The notes below the pieces were generated by a model. That model did not search any database. It had not been told where the DNA came from and was given only the letters and a program-made list of their open reading frames with translations. A stretch of DNA of 64,000 nt from Myxococcota bacterium (lineage in GTDB: Bacteria; Myxococcota_A; UBA9160; UBA6930). The stretch covers positions 1,632,001 to 1,696,000 of the forward strand of contig OZ245015.1 of NCBI GenBank assembly GCA_965223705.1, in the 5' to 3' direction. This document shows positions 19,201 through 25,536 of the stretch, piece after piece. Within the stretch, counting starts at the first letter, position 1; the number at the start of each line of letters is the position of its first letter. The position numbers and the translations under genes are program-made.

Positions 19201-21466
19201 CCGACCCGCGATTGTCGCCGTTCGCGAGGCTCGATACTTCCGCCGTGCTCAGCGCAGTTCCGAAGATCTGTACCGAATCGAGAGATCCACCGAAGAAACG
19301 ATCGGCGTTCAGGTCCTGTCGGGCGCCCAGATAGAGCGGCCCCGTCGGATGGACACCGTCGGTCCCTCGCGTTGCGTCCGATGCAACACTCACGCCGTCG
19401 ATGAAGACCTCGATCCCGCTACTACTCACGGTGGCGGAATACGTGTGCCAAAGGCCATCTCCGACGAGGGGGAGTATGTCGACATCAAGCGCAGCGTTAT
19501 CGAGTGAGTCGTTCGCATCCCGGATCACCGTCCGAAGCTTTGCCGGGTGCGTGTCGTGCGAGGCTTCGCTGATGAACACGTTGACGCTGTTCATCGCATC
19601 GATATCACCGTGGCTGTAGAGATACTGAAAAAGGGAGCCGGAGATGTCGTCGAGCTTGAAGTCGAAGGCGATCGTGAACTCGCCCGAGTAATCGACGTTC
19701 GAGATGGAGACATAGTCGTCGGTCCCGTCGAAGGCGAGCGCATCGCCGAAATTCCCAGCGACCGTCGACGCGCCGTTCACGGTTCCGTCGGCGGACCCGA
19801 CTGCGTCGAGGGCGTCGCCGTCGAGCGCCCAGGAGTGCTGCAAGTCCGCTGCTGCGTCTGTGATGAGGTAGTCGAAGGTGTCGACGCCGACGTAGCTCGA
19901 GTCCGGCGTGTACGTGAACGTGCCGTTTCCATTGTCGACGACGGTTCCGTTGGCCGGCTGTGTGAACGAAATAACGCTCGTCGGGTCTCCATCCGCGTCG
20001 GTGTCGTTGGCCGTCGGGTCAAATACCAACGCGGTATCCATGGGTGTGGTGTAGGCGTCATCGACTGCGGTCGGCGCCGTGTTGGCAGGAGGGAGCGTTC
20101 CGAGCTGAGCGATCTCGCTGTCCGAGAGAGTCCGGTTGTAGAATCGCACCTCGTCGAGCTTGCCGTCGTAGTCGCCCGAAACGGGCGACGAGGAGCCGAA
20201 GCGAAGGTTCTCGCCGTTTGAAACCGAGCCGGTCGGACCCGACCACGTGTCGACATCGACTCCGTCGACGTGGAGCGTGAGCGAGCCACCATTGCGTTCC
20301 GCAACGACGTGGTGCCAATTCCCGTCGAGGAAGCCGCTTCCCCAAACAGCCTCGAACAAGGAGCCGTCGCTCACGCCGAAGTTGATGTAGCCGGCATTGT
20401 CGACGTAGACGACGAAGCCGGGGTCGCTACCCGTCGCCAGCTTTCCAAGAATACGCTCGGTGCCGGCGGGCGCACCGGATTGCTGGAACCAGAAGCTGAT
20501 CGAGAAATCGCCGGTGCCGAAGTCGAGGTGGCCGTCTACGGGGTCGGCGACTTCGACGCCGTCGGAGTCGCCCGAAAACTCGAGCGCGCCCGCCATCACG
20601 CCCGCGACGTGGGTGGGGCCCGGCGTACCGTCGTGGGTCCCGTCGGCGCCATAACTCGTGCTGTCGACGGCAGTCGTCCCCGAGCCCTCGTCGAAGGCAT
20701 AATGCGCGACGAGCCCGTCCGAGAGCGCGAGCAAGCCCTGCCACTGCGCGCCTTGTTCGGCCTGGAGCTGAGTCTGGGTCTCGACTTCACCCACGGTGTA
20801 TTCGAGGACCCAGTCGCCTCCGAGCGTTGCCGCTCCGGTGAGGTCGTCGCTCGCCGCGACATCGGCGCCGGTGAGCTTCGCAACTTGATCGATGAGCGAG
20901 TTTCCGTCGCCACCGTCGGCGAGCTCGCAACCGTAGAACAGGAGATCCGCGTCCTCCGCGAGCGAGGTCGACCAGCTGGTGAGCTCGTTCTCGTAAATGG
21001 AAAGCGTGTCGTTCGAGAGCCACGAATTCCCGAGCTGCACCGCCGCATCGCTGCCGTGGGAAATGATGTGCACCGCGTCTACGCGCTGGAAGTCCGCCAA
21101 GACCTCGCTGATCTGCTCGACGCCGTCGCGGTTCGATTCCAGGTAGAAGATCTCGAGTGACCTGCCTTCGGACGAGGTCGCGCGTAGATCCGCCACCAGC
21201 GATTCGTAGTCTTCGACCCCGGTGTCGACAAAGACCAACTCGAGTCGACGCTCTTCGGCCTGCGCATCGCTCGCGCTCTCGGGCTCGGCGGTCTCGAGGT
21301 TCAACGCAACCGGCGGGGTTTCTACCACGTCGGGCGGCGGAGGGACGTCCGCCGCGCCGGTCACCGTCGACAGAAGAATGCGCGGCTCGAGGGCTTCGAG
21401 CCGCGCGGTATCGCAAGCCGGGCGGACCGGTCGCTTGTGTTTTCGCCGCCGACGGGGAGGGGCCAT
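7211..21466 (-). CDS. Giant (~4750 aa) surface adhesin: LEPR-xLL signature, DUF4347, LamG/pentraxin, C-type lectin, DUF642-like, cadherin and tandem Ig-like repeats
   Basis: Single uninterrupted ORF. LEPRILL at 21371-21391, DUF4347-like ELVFVD...HIISHG...LFYGC...GGDWVLE, LamG WHHV motifs, CTL WLGAAD...EGEWRW, cadherin LDYE motifs. ATG at 21466 preferred over GTG at 21484. Confidence 0.92.
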   Translation of the reverse strand: MAPPRRRRKHKRPVRPACDTARLEALEPRILLSTVTGAADVPPPPDVVETPPVALNLETAEPESASDAQAEERRLELVFVDTGVEDYESLVADLRATSSEGRSLEIFYLESNRDGVEQISEVLADFQRVDAVHIISHGSDAAVQLGNSWLSNDTLSIYENELTSWSTSLAEDADLLFYGCELADGGDGNSLIDQVAKLTGADVAASDDLTGAATLGGDWVLEYTVGEVETQTQLQAEQGAQWQGLLALSDGLVAHYAFDEGSGTTAVDSTSYGADGTHDGTPGPTHVAGVMAGALEFSGDSDGVEVADPVDGHLDFGTGDFSISFWFQQSGAPAGTERILGKLATGSDPGFVVYVDNAGYINFGVSDGSLFEAVWGSGFLDGNWHHVVAERNGGSLTLHVDGVDVDTWSGPTGSVSNGENLRFGSSSPVSGDYDGKLDEVRFYNRTLSDSEIAQLGTLPPANTAPTAVDDAYTTPMDTALVFDPTANDTDADGDPTSVISFTQPANGTVVDNGNGTFTYTPDSSYVGVDTFDYLITDAAADLQHSWALDGDALDAVGSADGTVNGASTVAGNFGDALAFDGTDDYVSISNVDYSGEFTIAFDFKLDDISGSLFQYLYSHGDIDAMNSVNVFISEASHDTHPAKLRTVIRDANDSLDNAALDVDILPLVGDGLWHTYSATVSSSGIEVFIDGVSVASDATRGTDGVHPTGPLYLGARQDLNADRFFGGSLDSVQIFGTALSTAEVSSLANGDNRGSVTVTVDPAAPSDLTVTATETGGLSLNEDGGSDAHLIADDGGAILGGATQFTYEVRFSYSDTSHNHELLSYMAADGDDSVRLSVFTNQNLLIEVANQTVQSSAFNYHSLADGEPHTLSVTWDASGGAWEVYVDGVSVDSGTGLAASQALAAGGTLVVGQDQDTVGGGYSSTEFLEGTLYDVRLFDDVRTAAEIATRYNSTVPHDESGLIANWQFDKLSGDGVITESVSGNNLTVAHAAGGGFTSSSPQLSLTVEENALNGTVVGTVSGTDAERDAQIAALLAADPDLYYDAHTAKFYKAVGSTTTWLTAQSAATGTTLGGVSGQLVTIRSAHENEVVNDIQLNSVIGGANTWLGAADIDVEGEWRWYEGATAGDHFWLGAVTGSSVDGTYSNWKSATAPNDNGLGEDAAYMLSDGTWEDNRDNVNFAYIIEWDAEAVLDGTQALTYSIQSQTVAGAFEIDGNSGTIRVADGTLLDYETDATHTVTIRTTDVDGNAYDEAFTISLRDLVEDNNAPTDLSSGIELNTDGGNDAYLVANDGGILLGGLSSLTYEIQFATSDTSSFTPLVSYATATNDNEFVFVFAGNDAYLYIADTDIHLTSIDYNTLRDGSVQHLAVTWENSSGSWAVYSNGELIESGTGIEIGNTIDPGGTLIIGNEQDALGGSFQSTQAFQGTLYDVRVWNEVRSHGEIAFNHQQKLDSGSLPSGLIANWQMDGFNGSSEVVDVVSGNNLSIGHAAGAGFTASTPVEDLHVSENAVDGTTVGFVVPSDPDSPQDIVGDGLFLSEGTSYQLLGAGSTIGPWTVQSGDVEVAGNTLESSLLGGNTIDLNGSTAGVIEQTLATEVGRQYQVVFALSGDWSGGDAVKDLRAAANGESQDFQISQPGDWSTTNLLWEHRSFTFTADSTATELTFASMDGANSYGPLIADVQVIEVPLAISTILNNDPTLSYDAATGKFYQVATTQANWSTALYVATTSTLNGISGQLVTIDSAYENEVVHDLAQTIGADIWLGAADQSTEGDWRWLSGAQENEAFWSGDSGGTAVSGQYVNWFVGEPSVDAGGGGDEDVARMLVASGQWADAEGIGVRPYIIEYDASQVLSNYAFSLTDDANGRFAIDGSTGAITVADASQLDYEAATSHDVTVEVTDAAGHSYSEVMSISVDNALEASQSLPGPQSVDENQILTFSSGNGNAVTVDDSVITANTEFQVNLSVDNGVLTLAQTTGLNFVEGSDGTGSFVVNGTESALNAALEGMTFTPDAGYNGAVTLNMTTALAADLQGHYTFTGGSAADQSAGTAQPAVLVGGADTTADVDRGEVLQLDAAGEYVRIDDLYGQPADVTLAAWVNFSSTAVNGGELISLGNDVAIRINDWSEGVSAFFYDGSTHQFIGSGTTMNAGEWHHVAFSFDDANDTQTLYIDGQVVATASYASSITWTGWFPQSTIGTHADVTDSSFDLLGMVDDARIYTQALSADEIAAIYAGDDVGSGTVAIAVNPVNDAPALDLDADDSAAAGVDFATSWTESNGPVAIVDADATLSDVDSSNLTSLAVTIANLLDGSAELLSADTTGTSILASYNPGTGTLLLSGSDSVANYQQVLRTVTYDSTSETPDETTRVITFVANDGSDDSPVATTSVTVMSDNDVNVITTTAGATTYTEQQAAVAIDSGLTLVDPDGAQGVDPSNLYTAVVQITGNYSADDTLGFTDTTTIVATDFGDRLVLSVRAGQTASVADFEAALRSVTFYNGSDAPSELIRTVSFTFDDGIDSGPTATKQIQLTAVNDAPVNTAPSTVSVLEDGTLAFTGGDSLQVGDVDALPTDTLRVQLNVGVGGLLSLGSTTGLSFSAGDGTSDANMVFTGTIAELNAALATLTFDTTADFTGNVNLMIATNDLGNSGIDPGVSGDASSEEDVDVLVIQVDPVNDAPVRTAGSVNNLVVAEDSGLTSLGLGALAYGAGGGSDESGQTLTYEVTVVPDPVYFGTIYLADDTTQVTTGTYSLAQIQGMQFQPAPNESGSFSFFSFRVTDSGGTANGGSDSLTETLRIDVTAENDAPLLGNNALVISEGATVVLSASNVSASDVETAAGLLEFTVSSVSGGRFEAVANPGVAITTFTQQQVLDGDIQFVHDGGEAAPSYAVTVSDGSLSDGPEAAAITFTNVNDAPTAAADAAAVLEGGTTTIDLAANDTDPDDGVDPTSIEIVGAPSNGSLVVNGDGTVDYTHDGSETTTDSFTYRIRDASGAVSNTATVSVSVTPQNDSPFIDLDADDSSGTPGSDFETTFFEGGGPVLISDGDVVISDSDHANLASMTVLITNLLDGASESLSADVTGTAISASYDSGTGLLTLSGSDTLANYQAVLETVTYHNASASPDLTDRVLQTVASDGGPIVSHLSNIATTTIRIVGLNDAPTAVDDAAAVNEGASVGIDLAANDTDPDNPLDLTSIQIVGAPANGSILVNGDGTVTYTHDGSETTTDTFTYTIQDLSGATSNVATVSITVNPVNDAPTAGADAAVVNEGQSVVIDVAGNDSDPDSALDLGSIVITTAPTNGTLIDNGDGTLTYTHDGSETVSDTFAYRIDDVSGSSSNIATVNLTINAVDDSPILDLDFDDSSEVGEDFSTTFTEGGGPVLVVDSDGFIGDVDSANLAWLTATITNLQDGSAEILSANTTGTSIVASYNAVSGILLLSGTDSLANYQQVLRTITYDNSSAAPNTTNRYIDFEVNDGTTTSNTAVTIVSVVAVNDAPTAVGDAAIVNEGSSVVIDVAGNDTDPDDGLDLSSITVTGAPANGSLVDNGDGTLTYTHDGSETTADSFTYTIRDLSGAVSNAATVNITVNPQNDAPTAVNDAAVVDEGAAVGIDLAANDTDPDNPLDLTSIQIVGAPANGSILVNGDGTVTYTHDGSETIADSFTYTIRDLSGAVSNTATVTITVTPQNDAPTAVNDAAVVDEGAAVGIDLAANDTDPDNPLDLTSIQIVGAPANGSILVNGDGTVTYTHDGSETTGDSFTYTIRDLSGAVSNTATVNVTVNPQNDAPTAVDDAALVDEGAAVNIDLATNDTDPDNPLDLTSVQIVGAPANGSIVVNGDGTVTYTHDGSETIADSFTYTIRDLSGAVSNTATVTITVTPQNDAPTAVNDAAVVDEGAAVGIDLAANDTDPDNPLDLTSIQIVGAPANGSILVNGDGTVTYTHDGSETTGDSFTYTIRDLSGAISNTATVNVTVTPQNDAPTAVDDAALVNEGAAVNIDLAANDTDPDNPLDLTSIQIVGAPTNGSILVNGDGTVTYTHDGSETTGDSFTYTIRDLSGAVSNTATVNVTVNPQNDAPTAVDDAALVDEGAAVNIDLATNDTDPDNPLDLTSVQIVGAPANGSILVNGDGTVTYTHDGSETTADSFTYTIRDLSGAVSNTATVNVTVTPQNDAPTAVDDAAVVNEGAPVNIDLVANDTDPDNALDLASIQIVGAPANGTVLVNGDGTVTYTHDGSETTADSFTYTIRDLSGAISNTTVNVAVTPQNDPPTAVDDAAVVNEGAAVGIDLAANDTDPDNPLDLTSIQILGSPANGSIVVNGDGTVTYTHDGSETTGDSFTYTIRDLSGSISNTATVNVTVTPQNDAPTAVDDAALVNEGAAVNIDLAANDTDPDNPLDLASIQIIGAPANGTVLVNGDGTVTYTHDGSETIADSFTYTIRDLSGAPSNTTTVNVTVNPQNDAPVLYADTFGVGEGAGPGSWVGQVVAVDPDPGDSVVYAIVGGNVDGAFAIDPSTGDVFVANPNALGNSGRTAFDLMISAEDSAGAIDSRAVRVEIEAKQVVATPEPEEVASAEPSPDEPKVETKVATPQKEERISTADAHLTLGQVNEVVREKRELHAAASDSGRFETRGLTLVEAERTSGGTSQVFEEEHDKAAKRYVHPAFLESIETLRSELTRQLEEEGADIEWVHRSFQSLAIAGATGLLSVIMRSSSLAAIGFSAVPLWKRADPLTVLSLNEDQRRELEASLKSAEDKERQLDSVLGSDPEADA
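8152..11030 (-). repeat. Ten contiguous ~288-bp (96-aa) intragenic Ig/cadherin-like tandem repeats
   Basis: Unit NDAPTAVDDAA.V.EG...IDLAANDTDPD...TYTHDGSET..DSFTYTIRDLSG repeats with a 288-bp period (one unit is 285 bp). Three more copies lie between ~11.5 and 12.8 kb. Confidence 0.95.
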
Positions 21467-21649
21467 GGGACGGACTCCAATCACACTGCAAATCGGTGCA
21501 ACGACAGTGAATCTGAATCGAAAATTGAGGTCTAAATCACACGTTTATCATGAGAACTGGACATATCCGCTGGGGTTACAGTGCCCCACAACAGCGCGGA
21601 TTCCTCCACAAAGCCGCGATTTCCCTCATGAATCGACACGAATTCGTCG

Positions 21650-23395
21650 ATGACCGAAGCGATGACGCGCGCGTTCGACACGTGGCTTGCCGCCTTGTGC
21701 TCGGGGAGGTCCGGTGCACAGGCGACGCTGTGGCAGGCGAAGGCCGAGGGCGCTCTCGATCCGCTTGCACACCGGGGGGCGGAAGAGGGCACCCTCGAGC
21801 GGCACCGAATTCCGGCACAGACCGCGGCCGGGGCCGGCCGGCCGGTGATTCAAGCCGGGGACAACGCCGATTTGTTGGCCGCTGCGCACGGCGATTTCGT
21901 CGTGGTCCTCGAGCAATCGTCGACGTCGCCGCGCGAACAAGAAACCGCGCTTCGCGAGCTCGAGTCCGCGGTGCGTTGGTTGGTGTGGTCACGCAATCAC
22001 ACGCAGACGCCAGGCGCCGCCAAGCCCGACGAAGCTGACTTGCCAGAACTCGTCGACTTCGTGGCGCTGGCCCTCGAGCCGCAACCCGCCAAGGCCACAG
22101 CGCTCGCCCTCAGTACCGAGCTGGCGTCACATCTGTCGGCCGACCGCGTGAGTGTCGGGTACCGAGAAGCGCAGACGGTCAGCTTGCGCGCCGTCTCCCA
22201 CAGCCCCGCCGTCGATGCGCGCTCGGATCTCGTCCGCTCGATCGTGCAAGCGATGGAAGAAGCGATCGAGCAAGACGCCGTCATTCAGTGGCCGTCGCCG
22301 GAAGATTCCGGGCTGGCGCTCGGGGCGCATCGAGAACTGGCGAAGCGGCACGGCGCGGCGGCGGCCTGGTCCTATCCCTTGCGCCATGGCGATGAGATCA
22401 TCGGCGCTCTGTGCGTTGAGTTTCGCTCGCGCGGTCACGGTACGGAAGAGCGGCGCGCCTTCCTCGGTCGGCTGACGCCTCTCCTCGCGCCGATCCTCGA
22501 CCTCCGCGAGCGCGACGACGCGGGCGTTTGGAAGCGGGCGCGAATTCTCCTCGAAGAGGATCTCCCGCGCGCCCTCGGTTGGGAGCGCCTGCAGGCACGC
22601 TTCGCCTTCGCCGCGGTGGCCGCACTCCTCTTGCTCCTCGGCGTGATTCCGGGCACCCAGCGCGTGGCAGCGCCGGCAGAGCTCGAAGGGGTCGTCCAGC
22701 GCGCGATCGTGTCGCCGATGCCGGCCTTCGTGGCAGAGAGCCGCCGACGCGCTGGCGACACCGTACGCAGCGGCGAGGTGTTGGGTGTTCTCGACGACGC
22801 CGAGCTCCTTCTAGAACAACGCAAATGGAACGCGAAGCGCGAGCAGCGCTGGAAGGAGCTTCGCGCGGCGATGGCCACCGAGGATCGTGCGAACGTTCGC
22901 ATCCTGCGGGCGCAAGTCGATCAGGCCGACGCGGAGCTCGAGCTCGTCACCGAGCAACTCAAGCGGACCCGACTCGTCGCTCCCTTCGACGGCATCATCA
23001 CCCAGGGCGATCTGTCGCAGTCGCTCGGCTCACCCGTCGATCGCGGCGAAGTCTTGTTCGAAGTCGCGCCTCTCGATGACTTTCGGGTGATCGTCGAAGT
23101 GGACGACCGCGATATTTCTCAGATCGAAATCGGGCAAGCCGGGGCGCTGACCTTGGCATCGCTGCCCGGAGAACCGCGCGCTTTCCGGGTCGAGCGCGTA
23201 ACGCCCATCTCGACGGCGGAAGACGGCAGAAACTATTTCCGCGTGGAAGGGGCGCTGACAGAGGCATCGACGGAGCTTCGACCCGGGATGGACGGCGTCG
23301 CAAAGATCGACGTCGGGCGCCGCAGCTTGCTCTTCCTGCTCACGCATTCGGCCATCGATTGGGTCCAACTCAAGTGGTGGGCTTGGGTGCCCTGA
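21650..23395 (+). CDS. GAF domain + HlyD-family membrane fusion protein
   Basis: GAF-like central region (ADRVSVG...YPLRHGDEIIGAL), one TM segment, HlyD motifs (LVAPFDGII, LRPGMDG). Confidence 0.85.
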   Translation: MTEAMTRAFDTWLAALCSGRSGAQATLWQAKAEGALDPLAHRGAEEGTLERHRIPAQTAAGAGRPVIQAGDNADLLAAAHGDFVVVLEQSSTSPREQETALRELESAVRWLVWSRNHTQTPGAAKPDEADLPELVDFVALALEPQPAKATALALSTELASHLSADRVSVGYREAQTVSLRAVSHSPAVDARSDLVRSIVQAMEEAIEQDAVIQWPSPEDSGLALGAHRELAKRHGAAAAWSYPLRHGDEIIGALCVEFRSRGHGTEERRAFLGRLTPLLAPILDLRERDDAGVWKRARILLEEDLPRALGWERLQARFAFAAVAALLLLLGVIPGTQRVAAPAELEGVVQRAIVSPMPAFVAESRRRAGDTVRSGEVLGVLDDAELLLEQRKWNAKREQRWKELRAAMATEDRANVRILRAQVDQADAELELVTEQLKRTRLVAPFDGIITQGDLSQSLGSPVDRGEVLFEVAPLDDFRVIVEVDDRDISQIEIGQAGALTLASLPGEPRAFRVERVTPISTAEDGRNYFRVEGALTEASTELRPGMDGVAKIDVGRRSLLFLLTHSAIDWVQLKWWAWVP

Positions 23396-25536
23396 TGTCG
23401 GAACGGTTGTTCAGCTCCTATTGGTATCGCGTGGCGGAGCTCCGGCCGCGGCTCCGCGACCACGTCCGGATTCACCGACACGTCTACCGAGGCGAGCGCT
23501 GGTTTGTCTTGGACAACCCGGCGGGCGGGACGCAGTACCGGTTCGGGCGAGCGGCGAACTTCGTGGTAGAGCGCCTCGACGGGTCGCGAACCGTCAACGA
23601 ACTGTGGAATCTGGCGCTCGAGCATCTCGGGGATGAGGCGCCGAACCAGAACGCGATGATCACCTTGCTGGCGGAGCTCGACGCGGCCGATGCGATGGTG
23701 TCGAACGTCACGCCGGATACCAAGGCGATGTTCGAGCGCCATGCGCACCAAGAAAAACGCCGCAAGTCGAGCCGCTTCACGAACCCCTTGTATTTGAAGT
23801 TCCCGCTCTGGGATCCCGACCCGTGGCTCGATCGTTGGTTCCCCCGGGTTCGTTTTCTCTTCACGCGAAAGGTCGCGGCCGCTTGGCTCGTGCTCGTCGC
23901 ATGGGCAGCGTTTGAAGCTCTCCGAAACGCCTCGGAACTGGCCGCCTACGGTCAGCGCGCGCTGGGAGAGCCCAGCACCTGGTTTTTGGTCGTTCTTCTC
24001 TATCCCTTCGTCAAAGCGCTCCACGAGTTGGGCCACGCCTTCGCCGCGAAACACTGGGGAGCCCCGGTTCGAGAGATCGGCGTGATGTTCATCATTGGCA
24101 TGCCCGTCCCGTACGTCGACGCGTCCGCCACTTCGGCCTTTCCGAGCAAGTTCTCCCGCATGGTGGTCGCCGCGGCCGGCATCCTGGTCGAGCTCGCGCT
24201 GGCAAGCCTGGCGTTGCTCGCGTTCTTATCGATCGCGCCGGGCGTCCTGAAGCTCGCCGCGTTCAACGTGCTCGCGATCGGCGGTATTTCGACGGTGCTC
24301 TTCAACGGCAATCCGCTGATTCGTTTCGACGGCTACTACGTCCTGTCGGACGCGATCGAAGTGCCGAACCTCGCCGCCCGCGCGAGTCGTTTCCTCCGCT
24401 ACCTCGGTGAGACGCACATCTTGGGGCTTCCCGAGCGACGCGGTTCCGAGACCGACGCCCGGGTTCGCTGTTGGTTGTTCCTCTACGGCGCATGCGCGTT
24501 CGTCTACCGGATTTTCCTATCGTTGACGATCGCGCTCTTCGTCGCGGGGAAGTTCTTCACACTCGGGATCCTGCTAGCGGTGTGGTCGCTGCTCCTCCAG
24601 TTCGGCTTGCCGGTGCTGCGAGGGCTCGCACGGCTGCGGCTCGATCCTCGCGTCGGTGAGCGCCCGTTGCGCGTCGTCGCCGGTGCGGTCTGCGCGGCCA
24701 CGCTGACGACGCTCCTCGCGTTCGGTTTGCCGCTGCCGCTCTGGACGGTTTCGGACGGCGTCGTCTGGCTGCCCGAGCGATCACAGATTCGGACGGGCGC
24801 CGCCGGCATGGTGACGGCGATTCTCGCGACGCCGGGCGCGCGGGTCGCAGCTGGCGAGCCCCTCCTCGAAGTTCGCGACCCGATCTTGGCGGCGAAGGTC
24901 CGCGTGCTCGAAGCACGGGTGCGCGAAGCGACCGCGCGTATGGAATCCCAGGGCTACGAGGATCGCGTCGCGGGTGAGCTCGCGCGCACGGAATTGGGGT
25001 CGGTGAGAGCGGAGCTCAAGCGCGCCAAGCAGGAGCTGGGGGAAGAGGTCGTACGAGCGGGCGTCGCAGGTCAGTTCGTTTTGCCCCGAGCGGAAGATCT
25101 GGTCGGGCGCTATTTCGAAAAAGGCGCGGTCGTCGGTTACCTCAAGGTGGGAGGCGTGAGCACGCTGCGGGTCGTGGTTCGCCAACGCGACGTCGCCTGG
25201 GTACGCAATCAGACCGAACGGGTGAAGGTACGGCTGCCGGGTCGCGCTCCGGTGGAAGCGATCCTGGGCCGGGAAGTTCCCCAAGCAACCGCTCGCCTTC
25301 CGAGCTTGGCACTCGGCACCGTGGGAGGCGGAACCGTCGCGATCGATCACCGCGACGCCGAAGGCCTCACGGCGACCGAAGCGTTTTTTCAGTTCGACGT
25401 GCTCCTGCCGCCGAATACGGTGCCCCCCGGACTCGGTCTGCGGGCGAACGTTCGTTTCGACCACGGGCTCGAGCCGATCGGCTACCGGATGCTCCGGGCG
25501 ACGCGCCGTCTGTTTCTCCGGCGACTCCATGTCTGA
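23395..25536 (+). CDS. M50 (site-2 protease) family membrane metallopeptidase with N-terminal PqqD-like region and C-terminal HlyD-like domain
   Basis: HELGH (HExxH) and NGNPLIRFDG zinc-site motifs, several TM segments, lipoyl/coiled-coil C-terminus. ATG at 23395 overlaps the upstream TGA. Confidence 0.85.
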   Translation: MSERLFSSYWYRVAELRPRLRDHVRIHRHVYRGERWFVLDNPAGGTQYRFGRAANFVVERLDGSRTVNELWNLALEHLGDEAPNQNAMITLLAELDAADAMVSNVTPDTKAMFERHAHQEKRRKSSRFTNPLYLKFPLWDPDPWLDRWFPRVRFLFTRKVAAAWLVLVAWAAFEALRNASELAAYGQRALGEPSTWFLVVLLYPFVKALHELGHAFAAKHWGAPVREIGVMFIIGMPVPYVDASATSAFPSKFSRMVVAAAGILVELALASLALLAFLSIAPGVLKLAAFNVLAIGGISTVLFNGNPLIRFDGYYVLSDAIEVPNLAARASRFLRYLGETHILGLPERRGSETDARVRCWLFLYGACAFVYRIFLSLTIALFVAGKFFTLGILLAVWSLLLQFGLPVLRGLARLRLDPRVGERPLRVVAGAVCAATLTTLLAFGLPLPLWTVSDGVVWLPERSQIRTGAAGMVTAILATPGARVAAGEPLLEVRDPILAAKVRVLEARVREATARMESQGYEDRVAGELARTELGSVRAELKRAKQELGEEVVRAGVAGQFVLPRAEDLVGRYFEKGAVVGYLKVGGVSTLRVVVRQRDVAWVRNQTERVKVRLPGRAPVEAILGREVPQATARLPSLALGTVGGGTVAIDHRDAEGLTATEAFFQFDVLLPPNTVPPGLGLRANVRFDHGLEPIGYRMLRATRRLFLRRLHV

